A stretch of 49,973 nt of DNA from Phoronis australis. Taxonomy: Eukaryota > Animalia > Phoronida. Made by a program: the position numbers and the translations under genes. Shown in pieces: positions 12,030 to 23,000 of the stretch. Below the pieces are notes generated by a model that did no database searches, had not been told where the DNA came from, and saw only the letters and a program-made list of their open reading frames with translations. The first letter of the stretch is position 1; every line of letters begins with the position of its first letter. The stretch spans positions 18,966 to 68,938 of the forward strand of contig NMRA01001024.1 of the NCBI GenBank assembly GCA_002633005.1. Direction: 5' to 3'.

Positions 12030-12980
12030 GGGTAAACGAAGACCTCCTGCAGTCTTCCCGACCATGATTATGTTGTTGAGCCCCAGTCCAATGAAGACAT
12101 GCTTGCTGCAGCCCATGAAGATATATAGCAAGATTAACAGCCAAGCTGGAGATTGCCGAGAAAAACGAACAGTCTTAATCGTCTAGCTGGAGAGAACAGT
12201 TCCGTTATGTTTTACACGGGTTTCAAAGACTACCACACTCTGCTATTGTTCTTCTATGTTATTGAAACTACTACTGTTAAATGGTCAGGTATATTCAGTA
12301 CCGGCGTCGCGTAACTGGAGAGTCTAAGCAAAGTCGATTTGGATTTTACCCTCAGAATTTATCACTTATTGACCAGTTTACACTTGTACTGAGGCGATTA
12401 AGAGTTGGTAATTGCGACAAGGAACTGACTGATATATACCAGAAAAATGAAGCAACTGCATCAAAAACAGTGTTGTCGTAGGTAAATATCTATACTTCTT
12501 TTTCCGGTCCCTTCCACTTTGGGCTTCTAGAGCTGAAGTGGACAAGCACATGCCTGACGTGTTTGTATTTAAGTACAGTAGAACAAGGATAATGTTCGAT
12601 TTTGCCGAAGTTTGGCTTCAGAAACCATCGAGTTTGGTGCTCAACTCAGAGTTTTATTCACACTATAAGGGTAGAGCTACACTTAAGACCCTTGTTGGAA
12701 TCATTCCTTCGAGGGCAATCTATTTAGGGCAAAGCAATAATCAAAGTCTCTGGCATATTAGAATCATTAGAAGCTGGTAACACACTTATGGTAGATAAGG
12801 GATTTCTAATTGTTGATTTACTTGAAAAGCATGGTGTTAATCTAGTTATCCCTGCTTTCTTGTCAGAGCATTCTCAGTATGAAGATGGTGAAGTGTCGGG
12901 GACTTGTTCGACTTAGAGTTCATGTAGAACGGGGTATCCGTAAAGTTAAATGCTTTGGCATATTTAAAAGTGTGATACCA
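12030..12980 (+). pseudogene. ISL2EU/Harbinger-type DDE transposase (HTH_Tnp_4 + DDE_Tnp_4), copy 1
   Basis: FYTGF; LSLIDQFTLVLRRLRVG; KPSSLVLNSEFYSHYKGRATLKTLVGI; DKGFLI; RVHVERGIRKVK. Stops and frameshifts. Confidence 0.85.
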
Positions 12981-13241
12981 CTGAAAAATAAGTTCGTGAA
13001 GCTGCGTCTGGACTGGTGACAGAAAAGGGAAAGTTTTGCTAGATGTGTGCAGACGGAAGAATAAAATACAGCACAAGAGCTTGCAAGTTCGTGAATGTGG
13101 CCTAAAGCTGCACAAGAAGCACCGCATTACTGGGTGTTCTGTTGATGGATTAGTATACTGTACATGTCACTCAGAGAAGCTAACTGAAATTAAACGTTCC
13201 ATTCACATTGAGGAAACTTCACCCCACTGCAGCTCTCTTAA

Positions 13242-13730
13242 CGCATTGAAGCCCATTGGCCTTTCAAAAGGCAGCATTTTAAAACTCCATGAAACAATGG
13301 TGTAAACATACCGTGAGACGGTGATCATGAGGACTCCATTCTTGTACAGACGAGTTCTGTAGAAGTCATACCACCAGTGATGATTTTTATCATATTTTTG
13401 AAAGGTTTTTCACTTTGAATGATGCCATTTGAATGTTAGAAGATCAATTCCAACGGGCTGATATTTTTATTGAACCACCTAATGAAGACAATTTAACTGA
13501 TGAGGACAGTTCAGATGAAGATGTTATTGGTACCATAGACAAATTGCCATCCGGCCTTTTGACTTCAGCTGAGTCAGTGACAGTCATGCAAAGTGAAAGA
13601 AGACTCTTTGCTGACGAGGAAACTGAAATAACTACTGAAGATAATAATGACGACAATATGCCTGCTGCGCCAGCTCCAAAATAATCAAAAACTACCAACA
13701 GACCCAAGATAAAATCAACACAAAAAGTAA
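13242..13730 (+). mobile_element. piggyBac (PGBD3-like) 5' end fragment, copy 2
   Basis: TTAA at 13238-13241, then CGCATTGAAGCCC. Translation ADIFIEPPNEDNLTDEDSSDEDVIGTIDKLPSGLL. Confidence 0.7.
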
Positions 13731-13739
13731 AGAGGTCCT

Positions 13740-14720
13740 GGGTAAAGGAAGACCTCCTGCAGTCCTCCGACCATGATTATGCTGTTGATCCCCAGTCCAA
13801 TGAAGAAATACTTGCTGCAGCCCAAGAAGATATATAGCAAGATTAACAGCCAAGTTGGAGATTGCCGAGAAAAAAACGAACATTCTTAATCGTTTAGCTG
13901 GAGACAACAGTTCCGTTATGTTTTACACGGGTTTCAAAGACTACCACACTCTGCTATTGTTCCTCTAGGTTATTGAATCTACTAATGTTAAATGGTCAGG
14001 TATATTCAGTACCGGCGTGGCGTAACTGGAGTGTCTAAGCAAACTCGATTTGGATCTTACCCTCAGCATTTATCACTTATTGACCAGTTTACACTTGTAC
14101 TGAGGCGATTAAGAGTTGGTAATTGCGACAAGGAACTGACTGATATGTACCACATAAGTGAAGAAACTGTATCGAGAACAGTATTGTCATAGGTAAATTA
14201 TCTCTATATTTCTTTTTGGGGTCTCTTGCACTTTGGGCTTCTAGAGTTCACGTGGTCTGGGACATGCCTGACTTATTTATCCTGAAGTACAGGAGAACAA
14301 GGATAAAATCGATTGTACCGAGGTATGAGTTCAGAAACCATTAAATTTGGTGCTCAGCTCAGAGTTTTACTCACACTATATGGGAAGAGCTACACTAAAA
14401 GCCCTTGTTAAAATAATTCCTTCGGGGGTGTCTCCTTTGTGTCGAAGCTCTACCCTGGTTCGATTTCAGACAAAGCAGTAACCAAAGTATCTGGGATGTT
14501 AGAATCATTAAAAGCTGTTCACACAGTTATGTAGACAAGGGATTTCTAATTGTTGATTTACTTGAACAGCATGGTGTTCATCTGGTTATCCATGCTTTCT
14601 TGTCAGAGCGTTCTCAGTTTGAAGATGGTGAAGTGTCGGGGACTTGCTCGACTTAGAGTTCATGTAGAACGGGGTATCCGTAAAGTTAAATGCTTTGGCA
14701 TATTTAAAAGTGTGATACCA
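13740..14720 (+). pseudogene. ISL2EU/Harbinger-type DDE transposase, copy 2
   Basis: Same motifs as copy 1, plus YPGSISDKAV and DHDY. Disrupted. Confidence 0.85.
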
Positions 14721-16769
14721 CTGAAAAATAAGTTCGTGAAGCTGCGTCTGGACTGGGGACAAAAAAGGGAAAGTTTTGCTAGAGATGTGTGCAGAATAAA
14801 ATACAGCACAAGAGCTTGCAAGTTCGTGAGTGTGGCCTAAAGCTGCACAAGAAGCACCGCATTACTGGGTGTTCATGTAGAACGGGGTATCCGCAAAGTT
14901 AAATGCTTTGGCATATTTAAAGTTTGATACCACTGAGTTGTGATTCGCTGATTGCTACCCAATGCTGTTTTGGTATTTTTGCGTATTGCTGTGGATCATG
15001 GATTCTGCAGTTACAAGTCACATGTGCACGAGTAAGACGTTGGTCAGTACATATTTGGAGTAATCGTTTTTCGAAAGACTAGCTCTCGCAAATAATAAAG
15101 CAGTTGACCAATCGCTAAACATAATGTCATAATGAGTCATGTTGTTGCCAGCAGTACCCAGATAGAAATCAACCATGGTAGGCTAGGGGTAAAGCAGCAG
15201 CATGTGTCTGTGTCAATTTACAACTGGCAGGAGTATTTGTCTCCATACTTCCACCATTTAAAGAGGATAAAGTGGATTTATCACTTCAGTCTCGCCAGAG
15301 AACCGTAGAGTAATGCTCTATAAAGTAAAGTTACACGATGAAGAGAAGCAGTTTCAATTTGCATTTAATGCTGAAACAGTAAAGGGAAAGTAAACGGGAA
15401 CTCCTACACTCGTATCTTTCCTGGACTGGAGGATGTCCGAAAGGCTTCTTGCGGCATATCGGACAGTTAGTGCGAGAGGAAAGGGGCGACAGTATTTGCA
15501 CATAACCAACCGGTAACTGTAACTGTACACAAATATTTTTTGTCACTTAACACAAACTGACAATTTCAGACAGCCTTCTATGATGAAATATTTTATCGAA
15601 TCTTCAAGAGTGATTTCGCTGCCCTGAAAATGCGTTCTTAAATTTTTCTTCTGAAGGCAAAATAAACAATGGACATTTTCTTCATTTGGGCAACATCGTT
15701 AAATCCATGTTGAACTTTGTAATTTTCATCTCCCTTCATCCTTCCATGAGATACAGCTGATGTTGCTCCATGTGACTTCTTCGATGACCTACCAGACAAT
15801 CTCTGAGCATATCAGATGTGAGTATCCTATGTGATGAACGAGCATGCTCCAATTAGGGGATCCAGGGTTTGTGCTCGTGCTTCTCCTTTTCCTAAGCAAC
15901 GAATTACGATCAGCTGCCACGTACAAAGCACAGCTTCACAATAGGTTTAAACGTTTTCCAACGAGAGAAAACCCAAGAATTGTACCGTAGACAATGAAAC
16001 CGAACTGCTAAGATATGGAAGGAGGGCAACACCTTAGAGTGGTCAAATGAAAACATGAAACACAGCGAGGACAGACCTATTTGACTTTCCTTTCGAGGCT
16101 CACAATATTTGTTAGCTGAGGGCTATCATTCTCGTTATCTGGAAATTGCAAGACCGGAATCGCCGAGGTCTGCTTGTGTGATATATCATCTGAAATCGAT
16201 TTTTGCCCATCACAAAATTCCGTAGGTGCTATGTTCGGACAACGGGTCGTGTTATGTGTCACTTGAGTTCTGCCGTATGATTATGTTATATTAACAGCTC
16301 GCCGCGCTTTTTACAAGCTAATGGAGAGGCACAAAGATAATTCCGCCCTATAAAAAGGTGCTCAAGGAAAACAACGACAACTATCTGACTTCAACGTCCC
16401 CGCGAGATGCATTTCAAAATGCTGTTCGCACATGTCTTTGGTTCTTTAACAGTTTGCGGTTCTAATTCACTAACATTGTCATTTGGCCACACAGGCAATA
16501 ACGGTTGTCGAGCTAGCCTATTGAAGGTGTGAACGGAAGTTCATAGATGGATCGTTCCGTTACACGCCAGCGTGGGGGTGTTGGGTTCGCTTTCAAAAAA
16601 TGCATGGTTATGAGCACGTGGATATGTCACTACAAGGTCACAAACTATTATCTGCAGAAAGTGTCCGAATCGTTTCCAGCTATTTAAAGTGGGTTTTTTC
16701 TAGGACAGAAGTCAAGGCTTGGGACATCCCAAAAACAAGGAATATGTATGGAGTAAGCCAAGAGAAACC

Positions 16770-17290
16770 AGATACATCCAGTATACAAACGTTAGTACAT
16801 GCGTGCCTCGCTGCATCTCCAGAAGGACAAATTGGGATTTTGGCGCGGCTTGCTAGTGATTTTCCAAAGAACGACCTGATGCAAGCAATTCCTGGTCTAA
16901 CGAAGTACAAGATAGCCTTGGTGAGAAATCACGCACACACTATGCAGGTTGTTGAACTTGCAGCAGAGAAACATCCTGAAAGCCAATGCAAGACCACAAG
17001 TTTGATCAGTTTAATGGCTACATAAGTCATTCACAATGGGCTACTTGAACTTTGACACTGAAGATGGACTCTGCGGAAAAGGTAGTGACACCAACTGTTA
17101 TGCCCAAAGTTATTCCAGCCAGAATTTTAAGTCAGTATCAAGCATTAGTCAAGAGGAAAAGTCTGTCCCCTTTGAGTGAAAGGACATTTTACCAAATGAC
17201 TGAAGTATATGCGGCTTCCAAAATGGCATCTCTCCAAGGTTTAGATTACCTTTCAGCTGAAGAAACTGACAACCTTGTAATTATGCAGTA
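16770..17290 (+). pseudogene. DNA transposon transposase fragment (possibly Sola3-like)
   Basis: IPGLTKYKIALVRNHA ... TLKMDSAE..RILSQY..PLSERTFY..AASKMASLQGLDY. The pattern is recalled from repetitive invertebrate transposases; superfamily uncertain. Confidence 0.5.
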
Positions 17291-18569
17291 TATTGGTAGC
17301 ACACATACAGTTGGCGTGTCCACACTTTGAAATGTTTAAAAGACAGATAGAGGTATATGAAATCAAGAGTTCTGTACTCAGGGATATTGTTAGGACAGCG
17401 CCCGTCCTCACTGGTGCAAAATGTTCGCCTACCACGGGTGAATTGGCGCATTTCCTTGGATGTTGTCTTGCCGCAGCAATGATTAAGCACTAATATTGCA
17501 AAAGAGCAGAACAAAACAATCACAATTTCGAATAGAAAACGAACAGCAAAAATTCAAGGACGCATACCCGGTAATTCAACTTTCTCAAAGAAACCATACA
17601 TATAGCTTGAGTAAAAGACTCTAAAGGTTTACAGCAACTTCAAATATTAAAGGATTATTTCGCGAACTTACAAATAACAGTATCTGGAATATTAGTTTCC
17701 GACGATGTCTTTGACAGCGGTGTAATTCCGAAAGACCTCACGTGAAAACATCATGAAACTAAAATTCGTGAGCAGTGAGGCTTAGGCATAAAGCTTTTGG
17801 TCTCCAATAAACTAGATTTCCAAACATTCGGAAAAAGCATTATATTTGTTTCTTAAATAGTTTTTACAAACGGTTTAGGGGCATAGCGGGTGGCCTGGTG
17901 GCAAAGGCATCGGTCTGCGAAGATGGGGTTGCATCTTGGTTGAAAGATCCCGAAGCACACACAAACAGTGAAGAAGAAAGTTGCAAATGAGCTATCCATC
18001 AAGATCTCGTATGGGATGATGGATAGGCTGCCTCCCAGTACGAAACTGTCCAACTCTTTCAGCGGAAGGACTTAGATATCTCTCATGTAAAGGTGACTTT
18101 GTATACTATATCTTACTTTATTGTTCATGTGTGTCACTTTGATTTTTTAGTAATTGTGAACGAGGCAAATCCAAAATATTGACTATGAAGTGAAACAAGA
18201 AACGAATTTAAATGCTTATCCCTTGAACAGCTTATGTATTTTAGCTCAGTGTTAATTTCATAGTTCGGGTCAATGTACATGTACAATGGTGTATTGGGGA
18301 CCTACACATAATAGAAGATACATGTAGTTGGAGAGTCAAGCACCAACTTACTCGTTCAGCCTACATGAGGACCTGAAAGACCACAAATTCAAGGGAGACC
18401 TGGTAAACAGAAATGGCGGCAGTTTTGAGTGGGTGAAGCGCAATTCTTGCAAGGAATGATAGATTACATGAGAAGGAGGTAAAGAATATAACAGTTGCTT
18501 TCTAGACACACAAATAAGTCAGATTTACATTGTAATAATTACTAATTATGAAGTTGAAAGAATTTGACT

Positions 18570-18870
18570 TCCTAGGTCGTATTGGCGAAAGCAATTCAGA
18601 AACATTCCCCATGAAGGAAGAAATACATGAATGATCTTGCCATGGGAGAGTCTGCCTTTCCACTGAAAACCACACATATTGCCTTCTCAACAACAGGGTG
18701 CAGCAAAGGTTGGCTTTTTAAGAACACTAGATGGAGGCAGAACTTTGATTGTCATGGACTGGACCATCAAATTTCTCATTCTTTTTGGAGAATAAATAAC
18801 AGACTTCTTCAGAAAATGAGGCAAATCGTGGCATGTGGCTTGCATTACATTGAAACAGAATAATGAATAT
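18570..18870 (+). pseudogene. Harbinger (HARBI1-like) transposase remnant
   Basis: GESAFPLKT (GDxAFPL), WLFKNTRWR and VACGLH (ACxxLHN) occur in the expected order. Confidence 0.45.
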
Positions 18871-19942
18871 TTCGTAGATTGCTGTTTGCACATATTCGAA
18901 AGTCCAGAGCAGAACTGGCAAAGTGCAGCTGTCACCATAGAGCACATTCTTAGCTGAGTAAAAACAAACAATCCAGATGTTTGTAAGCTGTGGTTTCAAA
19001 AGTGATAAACGCTGGCTGCTATCCCAAGGCTTTGTTATTACTGTTGCACTGAATTAACTGTAGTCAGATATGACTTCAGTGAAACTCAACATGGAAAGAA
19101 TATTTGTGAAAGACGGAGTGCTCCTATAAAAAAGATGGAGTACGGGCAAGAGAAGAAGATGAATAAGTAATCTGTGCATGCGACATGCAACCATAGAGGC
19201 ATGGGAAGTTGTGAGGTGTATGCCTGCAACCTATATTAGAAAACAATACAATTTGTAAATCAGACATCAGATATATGAGATGATGTTTGCATTATAAAAA
19301 CCAGAGACAATTACCTTGTGTGCAACTGCTGCTTGTTTCTAGATAGCTGAAGCATGGGCTTTGCCAAAAAAGGCATCATAGTGGAAATGAGTCCAGCTCA
19401 ATTCCAAGGATCTAGCCTCTCTAACTTGTCTAGCATTCAAAGCTTTGACTGGAGGTTAGGAAACCCACTCAGAATTCTGGTACTCTACATGCCAAGCTCA
19501 AGGATTGGCCTAGGATACAGTTGAGTAATTATACAGCACCCTAGAAATTCCCTGACTATCATGACGATGTTACTTGATGTAACACCTTGTGTCAAAGTAC
19601 AGGCAGTACTAAATCATAGTGTCAAAAAGGAATGCATATGCTGTAATTTCGATCAGCACTGTTCCTTGCTTTCACAAATAAGGGATGAAAGCTCGGACAA
19701 TTTCATGACTCATTTTGGGTCCATACATTTTCAAACTACAAGACATTTCATATCAAATTATGGCACAATGTCTAACGGAGTACATAAAAAATAAATAAGG
19801 GTACCTCCAACCATTGTTGCAATACCAGAAGAGCACAGAAAGACATCACATGCAACAGATCTAACTCAATGACACCTGGCCTTGTCAACCAATCTAGGTC
19901 TCACCACTCTGACCTTCACAACGACCTAACGCCAACCAAAGT

Positions 19943-20095
19943 TCACACCGTGCCTCCAGCTGTCAGACTGTTCTTCTGCCTATCATTAAACCTCTTTTTC
20001 ATCACTTCCATCATTTTTTCACTGGAATTCTTCTGTTCATCAGCAGACAATTTGTCAAAGTCACCAGGCTTAAGATAATGACCAAAAACTTCCAG
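19943..20095 (-). CDS. TBC-like gene, terminal coding exon
   Basis: ttttctctccag|LEVFGHYLKPGDFDKLS...GGTV*; phase 0. Confidence 0.85.
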   Translation of the reverse strand: MEVFGHYLKPGDFDKLSADEQKNSSEKMMEVMKKRFNDRQKNSLTAGGTV

Positions 20096-23000
20096 CTGGA
20101 GAGAAAACAAGACAAAAACTGATGTTAACACACGTTTGTGTTATAAAGTACTCCCAATGCCAAGTCAAATGTGGTTTAATTCATACCAGTTGCATTTAAT
20201 ACTGCAACACCAGGTTTTGGAATTAGAATTGCCAGCAATGTTGTACATGTGATTTAGGGATGGTACTGCAATAGTGAAAAAATTCAGAAGCAATAATTTT
20301 CCCAACTGTCTTCATTAAAAATGGTGCCTGCCAAAAGCATGTTTTTTTCACACCTGTAAACATTATAATCATGTGCTCTTAACAATGATTAAGAAATGAT
20401 CATGGTATACCCGTTCTCCTCCGACCACCACCATGTGGTCATGACAACAATGTGGTCATGGCAACCATGCTATTCTAATGTCAAATATGCTACATTCATG
20501 ACAACCAAGATGCAATAACAAAATCTTACAAACATTGGACCACTACAAAGTTGTCAAGGTTAAGTAGAACCTTAGAAAAATATCAAATTTTGGCCACCAT
20601 CGGAAAATCGTATCTCAGAAATCGGATTCACAAGAAACTACTTTCAGATAGAATGTTTCATAAAATTTTCTCCAAAATGCTGTAAGGAACTGCATTTAAA
20701 GTGTTTCACTTTTGCATGAAGGGCGATCAAAACAGGACTTGCATGATTTTTATAAAAAAGGTTTAGTTGGCAATGCATAAAATGTGAACAAAATGACAAT
20801 TTAGAATACTTAGTATAGTTTTTGAGATTTCATCTTGAATATAATGAATTGGGTCATGATCCTGTTGCTTTACCATGTCAATATTATCTTTCGTTTCCGC
20901 TATTTTTCCTAAAAAAACAAGGTCACATGACCTGATTAGTGGCAGACTGACATCAAGCCAAAAATCAAGTTCTACGGAATTTGTACTGTAATTAAATACA
21001 ACTTTTGCAAGTTAAATTCCATAGTTTTGTGTAATTGGCTAAATGGAGAGAACTGTTCATACGATCGTGTATAACCTTAACGACCTTTGAAATCCCTGAT
21101 GATACAGGTTTTTAGACTCACCTCAGCTGCCTTGACATCCTGTCTGTGCAGCCTGATCAAGTCCTTTGTCTCATCATTCAGACTCCCTTCTTCCTGACCT
21201 TCACCATGGGCAACTGAAACACAACAACCAAAATTGTGCGTAGTCGAAGTAAGCAAGATGGAAAGTAAAACCAACATTCCATTATCGCACCAACATGAAG
21301 AGGTTTGGTGATGATCGAGGCTATTTTATTGGATACCCCTCCCCCCTCCTCTCTCCACTCAAATCATGGACCCTAGTACTAAGGAAAGTAAAAAAACCTG
21401 AAACACCAAATAGAAAGTTTATTCAATTTTACAACAAGTCACTTTACAATTTCAAAAAAAGTTTATTCATAATAATTGGATGCCCCCCTCCTGATGTCAA
21501 TACCTGGGGTCTTCGCCCCATCAGCCCACCCTTCTGCAACGCTAGTACACTATCACAAGTTCTCATGTTTCAAACTGGAGCACAATGGATGTATACTCAA
21601 GCCCTTATCATGATTTAAACTTGAGCAAAATGTCCGTATCTTGAACACGTAAGTCCAAAATGCCCGTATCACGGACAGGTAAGACCAAAATGTCCGCATC
21701 ATGAACACGTAAGACCAAAACATACCTTTGTTAAAGCTTTCTCTCACTTTCTTTAAGAAATCCAGGATGGCTGCATTAGCCTGTGCCTTTTTGCCATGTG
21801 CAGGGGTCGGTGTCCTTCGAGAGGGTGCCAACGAGACAGTCTGGGAAGCTCTTGTAGGTGGTGGAGGAACTAAGTAATTACTAAAACAAGAATTTGAAAT
21901 GTAATGTGTTATACAACAGTGAGATGTGGTGTTCCCAAACAAGCAAAACCATACTATAGACCAACAATATACGAAAGCCTCACGGAAATCTAAAAACACT
22001 GTGAAACAGAGGTCAGCAATTGCAGACGATTCCACCGAGTCAACATGGTAGTGTTAGACAATTCTTAGACAAGCAGACGCATTACATGACAGATGAAGTA
22101 ATCAGAGAAAATTGCTTGTTACTCCCCATCACAGTGATTGAGTGTAAATGGAAATGACCATCATAGCCGTCCACCCCACTGGAACTCAACCATTATTATG
22201 GAGAATAACGGCCTATTTTGTCCAATTACTTGAATTTGGCTATCTGTCGTTTTGTGATAACATTCATTGGCATGCTACCACATGTGAGAATTGCGTTTCT
22301 ATCAGAACTGCATTATGTAGCTTCAACGAGTATTAATATTTTACCGTGGGCGTGCTTTTTAAAAGTACAGGGAACCATATTTTATAAATTTCCGCATGAC
22401 ATTCCCCTTATTTTGGGGCAAACAACGATCCTATGCTGACATGTAATTTGCGGTACATTAAAACCCGGGCTAAAATCACACCCATCTCATTGTCATAATT
22501 AGTGTCCAGAGTAAGCTGGAAACAATCTACAACCAGCATTGACCGTCATGAAGGGTAGATCTTGTTTTACTATGTTAGTGTGCACTTTATCAAGGGACCG
22601 TCAAAAGAAAAATGAAAAATTGCTCACCTTATTTGTGAAATCTCAGAAATTGCCGATATGGTCGACCCAGGTCTAACCTACAAAAAAAGGACCATTAAAT
22701 TCTGATCAATTCTACATGCCCCAATTATCACCCAGCACTTGTAGAGGTAGAAAAAAAAACACTATATGATAGGCCTAGTTTTCAAAATATTAAGGCTGCT
22801 AACACACTTCTGAGTCAAGTTTAGCATAAGGACATTTTAATGAATCACACCTCACTCAGCATTTGTTATGTCTGCATTGCAAATCGCTAAGCAACAGTAA
22901 AACTTTATACACATCAGAATAACTAATGGTGAAAAATTTATGCAGCAGTGCACAATGAAGTGCACCACAGATATACAGTGAAAACATGAGTTGATGTAAC

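Larger units (their letters stand above)
11265..14936 (+). repeat. Tandem duplication: two ~1.72-1.74 kb units plus an internally deleted third
   Basis: Units start at 11265, 12981 and 14721 (CTGAAAAA(A)TAAGTTCGTGAAGCTGCG). The third unit jumps at GTTC 14871-14874. Confidence 0.95.

Noticed and set aside
21626-21720. CRISPR-like 30-bp repeats
   Set aside because: Head-to-tail with no spacers, no cas genes, and located in a eukaryotic intron.
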